A stretch of DNA of 64,000 bases from Deltaproteobacteria bacterium (GTDB lineage Bacteria; Myxococcota_A; Polyangia; Polyangiales; Houyiibacteriaceae). Both the position numbers and the translations under genes were made by a program. Under the pieces are notes generated by a model. It saw nothing but the letters and a program-made list of their open reading frames with translations, was not told where the DNA came from and did no database searches. This document shows, piece after piece, positions 48,521 to 57,987 of the stretch (positions are counted from its first letter, which is position 1; each line of letters begins with the position of its first letter). The stretch covers positions 32,001-96,000 of the forward strand of contig JAXMNT010000017.1 of assembly GCA_034670305.1 (NCBI GenBank). The letters are read 5' to 3'.

Positions 48521-49938
48521 CGTCCCCGATGCGGCTGAGAAGCGCAGTGATTGTTGGCCTGCTCGCCTGTGTTGCGTGCGGCGACGACGACGCGATGGGT
48601 CCGCGCGATGGCGGACCACCCCCGCTTCCGTCCGCGTCCCTGGGCCACATCGTGGCGTTCGAGGGGCACCAGACGTTCGTCAACGATCTGGTCGTCGAGG
48701 ACGGTGGTTCGCTCCTGGGCGCGACCATCGTGCCGGAGCCCGGCACACCGATCGAGATCGTCGAGCAGCAGTGCGTCGCCGATCGATGCGGGTTCGTCGC
48801 GCGCGTGCTCGACACGCGGAACAACCGCGGGGTGGGGGTGCCTTCGCCCATCGACGCGCAGAACCACTTCTTGATCGTGCAGCGCGGGGGCGTGGACGCG
48901 TACCGTGCGCTCGTCACCGTCAACCCGGTCGATGAACTCACCGGGCGCGGCACCGAGCCGGCGCGGGTGGGACAGGCGATCTTCCTCGCGACCTCGGTCA
49001 CGTCCGATGTGGGGAGTCAGTTCATCGCAGCCACCGACGACCCGGTTCGCTGGGTCTCGTTCGGCGACGTCCGGTTGGAGGGCGACTTCCTTCTGAACGA
49101 TTCGCTCGGACTGGCCGGCGGCGGTCTCGGCGGCGACCCTCAGTCCGACGCGCCCGGTTCTTTCGGCGGCGGCGGTTCCACCGAGGGCGGCGGCGGAGGC
49201 GGCGGACACCTCGAGGTGGGCAGCCCGGGCCAGCTCGCGGGCGAACCCGACGCGGGCGGCTCCGGTGGTGCGGCCCGAACCGAAGCGCCGGGCGCGTGTC
49301 TCGCCGACTTCGCCCGAACCGACTGCGGTGGCGGCGGTGGTGGTGGTGGACGGGTCGGTGCGGGTGGCCGTGGCGCAGGTTCGATCCTCATCGCGTCGCT
49401 TGGCGACGTCGTGCTGTCCGGCAACATCCTTGGGGCTGGCGACGATGGTGTGGACGATGGTGGCGCGGGTGCGGGCGGCGCGGTGTTCCTCTCGGGGCGG
49501 ACCGTCGCGCTCAACACCCGGCCCACCCTCGCGGGCGGCACCGTGAGCGATGGACCGGTGCCGGGCGGCGTCGGCAGCCCGGGGGTGCTCCGACTCGACA
49601 GCCCCGAAGCGGTGACCGGTGTGTTCGCCGACCCGGCCTCGGTCCCGCGTCTGACCAGTGACGCGCGGGTCGAACTCTCCGGTCAGACCCTGCCGGACAC
49701 CATTGTGGAAATCGAACGAGACGGCGCGGTCGTGGGCTCTGCGACGAGCGACGGGACCGGCGCGTTCGCGGTGTCGGTCGACCTCGCGGCTGGACTCAAC
49801 CGCCTCGCGGTCTTCGCCAACACGGACGCGGGCCGGATTCGATCGTGGACGGGCACGAGCTTCGAGTTCTTGCGGGTGGGGGACGCGCGGCAGGCGCTTC
49901 CGGTCGGTGCGCTGACCGACGTCGTGTACCTGCCGTGA
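48517..49938 (+). CDS. Gly-rich lipoprotein with C-terminal Ig-like domain
   Basis: CVAC lipobox; GGGGGG..GAGGAV segments; LSGQT.P...ATSDGTGAF.V.V.L..G.N. Confidence 0.8.
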   Translation: MTSPMRLRSAVIVGLLACVACGDDDAMGPRDGGPPPLPSASLGHIVAFEGHQTFVNDLVVEDGGSLLGATIVPEPGTPIEIVEQQCVADRCGFVARVLDTRNNRGVGVPSPIDAQNHFLIVQRGGVDAYRALVTVNPVDELTGRGTEPARVGQAIFLATSVTSDVGSQFIAATDDPVRWVSFGDVRLEGDFLLNDSLGLAGGGLGGDPQSDAPGSFGGGGSTEGGGGGGGHLEVGSPGQLAGEPDAGGSGGAARTEAPGACLADFARTDCGGGGGGGGRVGAGGRGAGSILIASLGDVVLSGNILGAGDDGVDDGGAGAGGAVFLSGRTVALNTRPTLAGGTVSDGPVPGGVGSPGVLRLDSPEAVTGVFADPASVPRLTSDARVELSGQTLPDTIVEIERDGAVVGSATSDGTGAFAVSVDLAAGLNRLAVFANTDAGRIRSWTGTSFEFLRVGDARQALPVGALTDVVYLP

Positions 49939-50531
49939 CCAAGCCGCCCGAGGACCCTGGTTCCGAGCCATCGGGTTCCGATCCATCGGGCTCCGAGCTG
50001 TGGTCCAGCGAGTTGCTCGTCAGCGACTCCATGGGACGGCTGATTCAGTTCTGGGGCTTCAAGCGGAACATGGGCCGCGTGTGGGCGGTGCTCTACCTGA
50101 GCGACGAACCGCTCAGCGCCAAAGACTTGCAAGACCGCCTGCAGCTCTCGAGTGGCGCGGTGTCGATGACCGTCAACGAACTCGCGCGGTGGAGCGTGGT
50201 CAAGAAGGTCTGGAAGCAAGGCGACCGCCGCGACTACTTCGTCGCGGAGGGCAACTTCTGGAAGATGATCTCGCGGGTCTTCAACGAACGAGAACGCGTA
50301 GAGATCCTCGACACCATCGACGCGATGGAAGAGGCGCTCACGTACGCGAAGGCCAAGGCGAAAGAAGGACCGGAGGAGGAACGCGCCAAAGCCGAACTCC
50401 AGGTCGAACGCATTGGGCAACTGCTCGAACTCGCGCGGCTCGGCAACCAGCTCCTGATCGCGCTGCTCGCCAAAGCGACCGTCGATGCCCGGCCGTTGCT
50501 TGGCATCCTGCTCGGCCAACGCGACGAGTGA
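49935..50531 (+). CDS. GbsR/MarR-family transcriptional regulator
   Basis: WGFKRNMGRVWAVLYLSDEPLS..DL...LQLSSGAVSMTVNEL..W..V..V...GDRRDYF.AE.NFW. Confidence 0.88.
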   Translation: MTKPPEDPGSEPSGSDPSGSELWSSELLVSDSMGRLIQFWGFKRNMGRVWAVLYLSDEPLSAKDLQDRLQLSSGAVSMTVNELARWSVVKKVWKQGDRRDYFVAEGNFWKMISRVFNERERVEILDTIDAMEEALTYAKAKAKEGPEEERAKAELQVERIGQLLELARLGNQLLIALLAKATVDARPLLGILLGQRDE

Positions 50532-53170
50532 CCGACGCCAAGAAACGTCGACCGTCGCGCACCCCACGCCCGGTGGATCCGCCGAGTCGACCCGCGCGTC
50601 GAAAGCTTCGGCCACGCAGTCGTCCGACCCGCACGTCGCTCATCGGTGAGTTTCTCGAACACCGCACCGTTCGCTTGCTCGTGGCTTCGCTCATCGTCGT
50701 CTCGCTGCTTCCTTATCCGGAGCTCGAACGACTGCTCCGCCCATGGCTCTTGGTCGCGTTCGGCGCCGAGGTGGTGCTTCGATTCACCCGGCTGGCAATC
50801 GAGAAGGCCAAGGAGCGGAGCGACTGGCTCTACCTCTGCATCGACGTGCTCGCGTGGACGAGCTTCTTGCCGCTCGAGCATCTGCTCGGCGTCGACGCGA
50901 CCTGGGTCCGCGGGCTGCGCCTGGTCCGGCTGCTCGTGCTCATCCGGTTCACGCGGTACCTCGCGCAGGACGTCTGGCGCGTGCTCACTCGGCGCGAACA
51001 GCTCCAACAGCTCGGGCTCGTCACGACGTCCGTACTGGCGCTCTCGTTCTTCTCTGCGGTGGTGATGAACCACATCCTGCCCGACGACCCGACCGTGCAG
51101 GGCAGCTTCTGGGATCAGATGTGGTGGAGCTTTCGCCAAGTCGAGAGCCCGGACAACCTCATCGCCCACCTCGATGCGCATCCGCTCGTGGTCATCCTCT
51201 CGCTCGGTCTGACCATCACAGGCATCTTTGTCTTCTCGTACCTCATCGGTGTGGGCACGACCGTGGTGGAGCTCGTGCTGCGGGCCGAGCGTCGCCGGCC
51301 GGTGCCGTACCACGGGCACACGCTCGTCATCGGTCCGATGTACGAGAGCGAGCTGCTCGTCCGCGAGTTCGTGCGCATCCACGAGAAGAACCGCGCGCTG
51401 CGCCGCATCTCGCCGGCGGACCTGTGGCGCTGGCTCACCCACCGGCACCACCCGACCCCGCGGCGGCACGCGCTCCCGCAGATGGCGCTGCTCGGGCCCG
51501 AGGTGGAGCCGCCGCCGTATCTCTACGAACCCGAGATGCGCTGGGTCGTCTACCGGCAGGGCGACGGCGTCGAGGCCGAAAGTCTCGACCTCGTGGGCGC
51601 GACGGACAGCAAACGCGCCATCTTGCTGGCGCCACCCTCCAATGCGCACGACCCGGACGCGATCACACTCTCGCGGCTGAGCGCCATCCGCACCATCAAC
51701 CCCGATGCGCATGTCTTCGTCGAGGTCACCCGCAGCGAGAACGAAGGCGTCGTGCGGGCGGTCGGCGGCGTCGGCACGTTTCCGCTCGATGCGAGCCGGC
51801 TCGTCGGACTGTTCCTTTGCCACCACTTGCTCGTGCCGGGCGTCGACCGACTCTTCGAAGAACTGCTCAGTGCGCGCGGCCACGAGATCTACACCCACCT
51901 CTACGTCGACAGCTGGGAGCACCGCGCCCTGGATCTTCGCGCGTCCAAGGAAGGAACTGGGGGGACCGTCTCGTTCCAGGCGCTCCAGCGCTTCGCTCAG
52001 GAGCGACACCACGTCACCCTGCTCGGTGTGTTCCTCGGCGATCGCATCGACCGCAAGCAACGCGATCTCATCCCGGTCGACCTGCTCGACGCCTGGGTCA
52101 ACCCGCTCGCGGCAGCCGAGGCAGAGGGCGCGTCGGCCGCCGGTCGCATCCCGGTCGAGCGACTGCAGGGCATCTTCGGCATCGCCGACACCTACGTACC
52201 GCTGCGCGCGTCGGGCCGCGAGGTCCTCGAGTCCGACCTCGGTGCGCCCACTTCCGGTGACCTCCATGCTGCCAAAGCGGTGGTCGACTCGATCGATCGC
52301 GAAGTCGATCCACCGATGGAACGCATCGTGGTGGTTGGGTACGGACACGCGCTGCCCGCGTTGGTGGATGCGCTCGCGCACTTCGTCCCCGGGGTGTCGG
52401 TACACGTCGTGCTGTGTGGCGACTCGCCCGACGCGGCGCGCTGGCTCCGCAAGTGCGGCATCCCCAAAGCCGGCGGCCGCTGCGCGATCGAGGGCGGCGG
52501 CACGCTTGCGATCGAACGCTGTGAGCGTGACGAACTCTCCGAGGTCGCGGCCGAGCGGGCTGCCGTCGCAGACGCGGCGGTCTTTCTTGCAGATGCGGGT
52601 GCGACCGACAGCGACGCGACCGTCTCGATGCGGGTGCTGCGGTTCGCCAACGCGCTGCGCCGCGGTTCGGAGAAGACCACGGAGATCGAACTCTGGCCCG
52701 ACGACCGGGAGCGTGCGCAAGACCGCACTGCGATGCCGCTGCGACTGCTGGTCGAACTCGACTCCCGCCACCGCGGCGCGCAACTCGAAGGGCATCTCGG
52801 CGGGGGCATGTCCCAGGCGGAGACCGAGCTCGTCCTCGTCAGCACCGACCAGATCAAGAACTACTTCATGGTGCACAGCGCGTTCGTGCCCGGCGTCACG
52901 TCGATCTACGAACGGCTGCTGGGAAGCCGCGGTCAGGAAATCGTGCGCCTGCCCGTCGCCTGGCTGCCCGACTCCCACGAGTCGTTCACGTTCGGGGGAC
53001 TGCGCGCCGCGCTCGCCGGGCGTGGCTGCATCCCGATCGCGCTCTCTCTCGACGGCGAACTGCTTGTGAACCCACCGTGCGCCCGGCCGCTGAAACGCGC
53101 GGACCTCGAAGCCATCTACGCCGTCGCCGACATGGACTCCCTCGACGAGATCTTCCCCGCGCAGTCCTGA
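50528..53170 (+). CDS. 6-TM ion channel: voltage-sensor-like S1-S4, CASTOR/POLLUX-like pore, tandem RCK-like domains
   Basis: AEVVLRF (S2), CIDVL (S3), RGLRLVRLLVLIRFTR (S4), WWSFRQVESPDN pore, GHTLVIG and RIVVVGY RCK starts, FEELLSARGHEIY, LLVNPP. Confidence 0.8.
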   Translation: MTDAKKRRPSRTPRPVDPPSRPARRKLRPRSRPTRTSLIGEFLEHRTVRLLVASLIVVSLLPYPELERLLRPWLLVAFGAEVVLRFTRLAIEKAKERSDWLYLCIDVLAWTSFLPLEHLLGVDATWVRGLRLVRLLVLIRFTRYLAQDVWRVLTRREQLQQLGLVTTSVLALSFFSAVVMNHILPDDPTVQGSFWDQMWWSFRQVESPDNLIAHLDAHPLVVILSLGLTITGIFVFSYLIGVGTTVVELVLRAERRRPVPYHGHTLVIGPMYESELLVREFVRIHEKNRALRRISPADLWRWLTHRHHPTPRRHALPQMALLGPEVEPPPYLYEPEMRWVVYRQGDGVEAESLDLVGATDSKRAILLAPPSNAHDPDAITLSRLSAIRTINPDAHVFVEVTRSENEGVVRAVGGVGTFPLDASRLVGLFLCHHLLVPGVDRLFEELLSARGHEIYTHLYVDSWEHRALDLRASKEGTGGTVSFQALQRFAQERHHVTLLGVFLGDRIDRKQRDLIPVDLLDAWVNPLAAAEAEGASAAGRIPVERLQGIFGIADTYVPLRASGREVLESDLGAPTSGDLHAAKAVVDSIDREVDPPMERIVVVGYGHALPALVDALAHFVPGVSVHVVLCGDSPDAARWLRKCGIPKAGGRCAIEGGGTLAIERCERDELSEVAAERAAVADAAVFLADAGATDSDATVSMRVLRFANALRRGSEKTTEIELWPDDRERAQDRTAMPLRLLVELDSRHRGAQLEGHLGGGMSQAETELVLVSTDQIKNYFMVHSAFVPGVTSIYERLLGSRGQEIVRLPVAWLPDSHESFTFGGLRAALAGRGCIPIALSLDGELLVNPPCARPLKRADLEAIYAVADMDSLDEIFPAQS

Positions 53171-53254
53171 CTTCTGCTTCTGCTTCTGCTTCTGCTTCTG
53201 CTTCTGCTTCTGCTTCTGCTTCTGCTTCTGCTTCTGCTTCTGCTTCTGCTTCTG
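53171..53254. repeat. Hexamer tract G: perfect (CTTCTG)14
   Basis: Starts immediately after the TGA at 53170; convergent junction. Confidence 0.97.
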
Positions 53255-53264
53255 CGGGCCAGGG

Positions 53265-54917
53265 TCAGCGCCGGGGTCGCGTGCGCGGGCTTCGAGGGCT
53301 GCGGCGCACGGGCGGCACCGCCAGACTCAACGTCGCGACGTCGATCCGTTCGGTGCCGGCGGCGACTTGCAGCGCGACCTCCACCTGGGCCGGGACGTCG
53401 ATGCTGGTGCCGATGGTGACGCGGAACCGCCCGTCCGGGTGGCGGAGGATGGAGCCAACCGCGACGCCGGGCGGGGCCCGCGCGACGAGTCGGTCGGGGA
53501 GCCGGAGCGGGCTGCGGATGCGCAGGGTGAGCTCGCGCCTCCCGCCGCGGCGGAGCACCGGCCGACCGACGACGCGGGCTTGGGCGCGCATGACGAGCAC
53601 GTCGAAGCCAGGGATGTCGCGGTCGCTCGAGTCGATGCAGCGAATCGACTGACGCCCGAGGCCGCGCACGGTGGTGATGCCTTCGAGCGCCGCGTTCTCC
53701 CGGGACGAGACGCCGCAGCGCAGGCCGAGGGGAGAGACGAGCCAGGTGCCCGGCAACACCCGCACCGGTTCGTAGGGCCGGGTGGGATCGCCCGGATCGA
53801 ACGAGTCCGGCGGTGGGTCGCCGCCGCCGGGCGGCACGATGCGGGCTTCGCGGATCACCATCGCGCGGCGGGGGGAAGGGCGCCCTTCGAAGAAGGCACT
53901 GTCGATGGTGGACACCCGCACGTAGTAGGCGCCCGCTGGAAGGCGGGCGATCTCGAAGCCGGTCGCGTCGCCCGGCACCTCGATCGCCGCGACGAGCTCG
54001 GAGCCATCCGCTTCCGCCGACACCTCCACCCGATAGGCGCGCGCCCCCTCGACCGCATGCCACTGGCCGCGCAGCGTGCCGCCGCTGCCGGTCACGCCTA
54101 CGAACCGGCCGCTTCGGTCGTCCCGCCAGCGTGGCGCGCGGGGCAAGGGCCGCGGCGGCGTGGGACGCCGGCCCGCCGTGACGGTGGTGCCGCTGCCTTC
54201 GGGCAACTGCAACCGTCCGCGGTCGCCCGTCACGAAGAGCGAACCGCCGAGGTTGGCGACGCGGGTCGTGTCCTCGTCGACCTGGACGATCGCTTCACCG
54301 CCGACGTCGGCGCGCGCGGAGTCGGTCTGCACGGCGAGCCCACCCGCGAGTTCCCCGAGCCGGCCCCGCAGTGCGCCCCGTTGAAGTCGCGCGACGCGCC
54401 GGGGACGTGCGGACGACCCGCCGCCGCCGACCACGACCACGAGCGAGCGGTCGCGCATCTGGAGTCGCGACCCATCGCGGTACAGGAGCTCGGCCGCCGA
54501 GTGTTCGCCGGTGGCGACTTGGTTGCCTTCGTCGAGTCCATCGCCGCGCCGCGCGCGTCTCCAAGCGTCGGCGGCCGCGCGACGCAGTTCCACCTCGTGC
54601 ACCACCCGCGCCATCGACGCCTCGTGCGAGGCCCGTTCCCGCGAGGGCAACACGAGCGTCGTGCCTTCTTGCAGCCGATGGGGCGTCGGCCCGAGCCACC
54701 GGTTGTACGCGTGGATGACATCGATTCGGGCGCGGTCGCCGTACACTGCGCGCGCGATGCTTCGGCACGAGTCGCCCGGCTGCACGACGTAGCGCAGGTC
54801 CTCGTCCGCATGCGCGTTCGGAGCCCTCAGCACGCACAGCCAGCCCACCAGCATCCACCACCGCAGCTTCGTGCGTTGCCCGGCGCGAGGCGGCCGACGC
54901 GCGAACGCGCCCCTCAA
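53265..54917 (-). CDS. Exported LysM-FecR-FN3-like protein
   Basis: Signal ending AHA; YVVQPGDSCRSIARAVYG LysM; VATGEHSAAELLYRDGS FecR; WHAVEGARAYRVEVS FN3; TTG start overlaps the kinase stop. Confidence 0.85.
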   Translation of the reverse strand: MRGAFARRPPRAGQRTKLRWWMLVGWLCVLRAPNAHADEDLRYVVQPGDSCRSIARAVYGDRARIDVIHAYNRWLGPTPHRLQEGTTLVLPSRERASHEASMARVVHEVELRRAAADAWRRARRGDGLDEGNQVATGEHSAAELLYRDGSRLQMRDRSLVVVVGGGGSSARPRRVARLQRGALRGRLGELAGGLAVQTDSARADVGGEAIVQVDEDTTRVANLGGSLFVTGDRGRLQLPEGSGTTVTAGRRPTPPRPLPRAPRWRDDRSGRFVGVTGSGGTLRGQWHAVEGARAYRVEVSAEADGSELVAAIEVPGDATGFEIARLPAGAYYVRVSTIDSAFFEGRPSPRRAMVIREARIVPPGGGDPPPDSFDPGDPTRPYEPVRVLPGTWLVSPLGLRCGVSSRENAALEGITTVRGLGRQSIRCIDSSDRDIPGFDVLVMRAQARVVGRPVLRRGGRRELTLRIRSPLRLPDRLVARAPPGVAVGSILRHPDGRFRVTIGTSIDVPAQVEVALQVAAGTERIDVATLSLAVPPVRRSPRSPRTRPRR

Positions 54918-56227
54918 TGCGCGCCACCATTGCGCCGGATCGCACGGAGCAGTCGGCGTACGACTTCGCTGGCCTGTGCTGGGGAGGGCACGACGTCGCT
55001 CGCACCCGCACGGATGAGCGCGCGCAGTGCGGAGACGTCCGACGCGTTCGCCTCGCAGACCACGGGCGCCAGCGCGACGAGGGACCCGAGCCGCTCGGTC
55101 GCGTCCGAGGCGAGGAAGACGGCGGCGGGCTGTCCGACCTCTTCGCCCTCGCCAACGACGTAGGGGGTGAGGCCGGCTGCGCCGAGTGCGAGGAAGAGGT
55201 CGGGGTGAACCCCGCCGTACAGCGCCACCTCGCCCGGCGCGGCCGCCTCGGGGGCGCCCTCCGGTGGCGCGGGCACCATGCGCGCCGCGCGACCGAGCAC
55301 ATGGGCATCCTCGCGACTGCGCCCTCGGCCTTCCTGGCCGGTCGCGTCCGCAAGTTGTTCTCGGGCTTCGAGTGCGGTGGGCCGCGCGTCGGCGCGTTTG
55401 TCGAGCAGGCGCGCGACCAGCGCTTCGAGCGACGCCGGCAGAGGCGCGCCTTGGCTGCGAAGCGGTGGCGGCGGCGCGTACATGTGGCGGGTGAGCACTT
55501 CCGCATCGGCGCCGAGGAAAGGCGGTCGGCCGGAGATCATCTCGAAGAGCACACACCCGAGCGCGTAGACATCCGTCGCCCCATCCACCGCGCCACCGCG
55601 CGCTTGTTCCGGCGACGTGTACGCGGGTGTTCCGGCGACCACGCCCTCGGCCGTCATGCGCGAGGTGCCGGTGCCCCCGCTGAGAAACGCGAGGCCGAAG
55701 TCGACGAGCCGCACCTTGGCGTCCGCGGTCTCCAGCATGATGTTCTCGGGTTTGAGGTCGCGGTGCACGATGTCGGCCCGGTGCGCGGCCCACAGCACGT
55801 CGGCGATCTGCCAGGCGATCTCGAGCGACTCGTCCAGCGACAAGGGCGTGGCCGGCATGGTGGCCAAGGGCGCTGCGCCGCCACGCGAAGGGTGCGTCAC
55901 TCGGGTGCCTACTTCGAGCCGGGCGCGCAGCGGTGCGCCCCACACCCGCTCCATGGCGAGAAAGAGGCGGCCCTCGCATTCGCCGAGTTCGAACACTCGG
56001 ACCGCGCCCGGATGGTCGAGCGCACTGGCGACCCGCGCCTCCCGTTCGAAGCGCGCCCGGGCACGCGGATCATGCTCGAGCGACGCGCCGAGAATCTTGA
56101 GCGCGACGTCCCGTCCGAGGTCTTCTTGATGCGCGGCCCACACCACCCCCATGCCGCCGCGTCCGAGCTCGTGTTGCAGGCGGTAGCGCCCCGCGATGCA
56201 CATGTCCGCAGCGAGCGCAGACATCAC
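54914..56227 (-). CDS. Ser/Thr kinase with C-terminal degenerate receiver-like domain
   Basis: GRGGMGVVW, VALK, HRDLKPEN, DFG, SPEQ; tail ALIRAGASDVVPSP...VRRLLRAIRR. Confidence 0.92.
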   Translation of the reverse strand: MMSALAADMCIAGRYRLQHELGRGGMGVVWAAHQEDLGRDVALKILGASLEHDPRARARFEREARVASALDHPGAVRVFELGECEGRLFLAMERVWGAPLRARLEVGTRVTHPSRGGAAPLATMPATPLSLDESLEIAWQIADVLWAAHRADIVHRDLKPENIMLETADAKVRLVDFGLAFLSGGTGTSRMTAEGVVAGTPAYTSPEQARGGAVDGATDVYALGCVLFEMISGRPPFLGADAEVLTRHMYAPPPPLRSQGAPLPASLEALVARLLDKRADARPTALEAREQLADATGQEGRGRSREDAHVLGRAARMVPAPPEGAPEAAAPGEVALYGGVHPDLFLALGAAGLTPYVVGEGEEVGQPAAVFLASDATERLGSLVALAPVVCEANASDVSALRALIRAGASDVVPSPAQASEVVRRLLRAIRRNGGAH

Positions 56228-57939
56228 GTGCGCACCTCGAACAGCTCCATCGCAGCGGCGTGTCCGGCCAGGTGGTGTTCGCCGACCGAGACGAACTCGA
56301 AGCCGTCGCCTGCGGCGAGCCGGGTCGCGCCCGAGACGAGGATCTGGTGCGGTCGCGCCATCGACTCCAGCCGTGCCGCGAGGTTCACCGCTTCGCCGAT
56401 GGCGGTGTACTCCATGCGCACGTCGGAGCCGAGGTTGCCCACAACCGCCTCGCCGGTGTGCACGCCGATCGCCAGTTGGATCCGGACGCCGAAGCGCTTC
56501 TCCCAGCCGGTGTTGGCTGCTTCTACGAACGCGAGCATGTCCTCGGCTGCCCGCAGCGCGTCGGCCGCGTGCGCTTCGTTGGGCTCGGGCGCGCCGAAGA
56601 GCGCCATCACCGCGTCTCCGAGAAACTTGTCGACCGTGCCGGAGTGCCGGAAGACGACCTCCGTCAACAGCGTGAAGAGCTCGTTGAGGATCGCGACCAC
56701 CTCTTCCGGTGGGAGCCGCGAGGTCAGCGGGGTGAACGCGACGACGTCGGCGAAGAGCACCGTGATCGGCAGCCGTTGTCCACCGAGCTGCATGTCGTGT
56801 TCGCGAGACGCCACCCGGCGGGCGAGCTCGGCGGGTAGAAACCGTTCGAGGTCCGCGCGGATCGCTTCCTCCTCGCGCACCCGTGCTTCGCTCGACTCGA
56901 GCGTCTCCGCCGCGACCGACAGGTCCTCCGCGAGCGCCCCGAGTTCGTCGCGACTCGCGATGTGCACGCGCCGGTCGAACCGCCGGCCGGCGAGCTCGGA
57001 GGCGAACGCCGAGAGCGTCCGGATCGGCGCGGTCAGCAGCCGCGCGAAGACGGCCGCGAGCATGAGCGAGACCACGATGGCCACACCGATGCCGATGCCG
57101 ACGATGCGCCGCATGCGGCTGAGGCTCCGGAACGCGATGCGGCGCGGGACACTGACCACGGCGACCCCGAGCGAGGGCTCCGAGTCCCCGAGCGGCGCGA
57201 CGGTGGCGACTGCGTCCGCGATCTCCGACGAGACGGGGCTGCGGAGGGTGGCGGGGTCGAGGTCCCGGAGCGCTTCGTCCAGCGACATCGGCCGTCCGGC
57301 CTGCACTGCGATGTCGCCGTTCGCCCGCACCAGTGCGATCGTGCCTTCGAGCAGCGAGAGGTGGGCGCGGGCCAGACTCTCCGCGCGCCGTCTCACGGGG
57401 GCGAGCGGGAAGGGCGTCGCCACCTGTCCGGTCTGTTGTGCCCCGACTCGGATCGGCACCGAGAGCCAGTCGTCGGGCAGGCGGGTGAGCGTGGTCGCTG
57501 GAGGTACCTCTCCGCTCTCGCCGCCTCGCACGAACCCGTCGATCACGTGGCCTGCGGCATCGAAGACCTGAACTTCGTCGAGGCCACTCGAGTCGAAGAG
57601 CCGGCTGCAGGTCTCGAGGCGCACGTCGTCGCTGAGCTGGGGGTCGGCGAGGGTCTCGGCCATGGCGCGCAGGTCGTCTTGGGCGGACTGCACTTCGCGT
57701 TCGAGCGTCCGCCCGAGATCGTCCGCCAGCGCGATCTGGAGCTGGAGCGCGCTGCGCCGGACCGTCTCTTCGTTCACGTCGAGCAGCAGCCACCCGGCGA
57801 GCAAGAGCGGACAGGCCGCGAGCAGCCCGCCAAACAACGTCAACTTCAGGCGGAGCGGGAAAGACACGCTGCGTGCCCGGGGCGGGCTCGCATCCTTGGG
57901 GGGCGTCCTGACGTCCGCGGGCGTCTCGACGCAGGGCAC
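56224..57939 (-). CDS. Membrane class III adenylate cyclase (Cache-like sensor, HAMP, cyclase)
   Basis: Two TMs; SRDELGALA HAMP; TVLFAD, DKFLGD, EYTAIGEAVNLAARLE (Lys/Thr favour ATP); GTG at 57939 after AGGAG. Confidence 0.92.
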   Translation of the reverse strand: MPCVETPADVRTPPKDASPPRARSVSFPLRLKLTLFGGLLAACPLLLAGWLLLDVNEETVRRSALQLQIALADDLGRTLEREVQSAQDDLRAMAETLADPQLSDDVRLETCSRLFDSSGLDEVQVFDAAGHVIDGFVRGGESGEVPPATTLTRLPDDWLSVPIRVGAQQTGQVATPFPLAPVRRRAESLARAHLSLLEGTIALVRANGDIAVQAGRPMSLDEALRDLDPATLRSPVSSEIADAVATVAPLGDSEPSLGVAVVSVPRRIAFRSLSRMRRIVGIGIGVAIVVSLMLAAVFARLLTAPIRTLSAFASELAGRRFDRRVHIASRDELGALAEDLSVAAETLESSEARVREEEAIRADLERFLPAELARRVASREHDMQLGGQRLPITVLFADVVAFTPLTSRLPPEEVVAILNELFTLLTEVVFRHSGTVDKFLGDAVMALFGAPEPNEAHAADALRAAEDMLAFVEAANTGWEKRFGVRIQLAIGVHTGEAVVGNLGSDVRMEYTAIGEAVNLAARLESMARPHQILVSGATRLAAGDGFEFVSVGEHHLAGHAAAMELFEVRT

Positions 57940-57987
57940 GTCGCTCCTGGGGGCACTCGGCACGGTCCGCAGTGTAAGGTCTATCGC

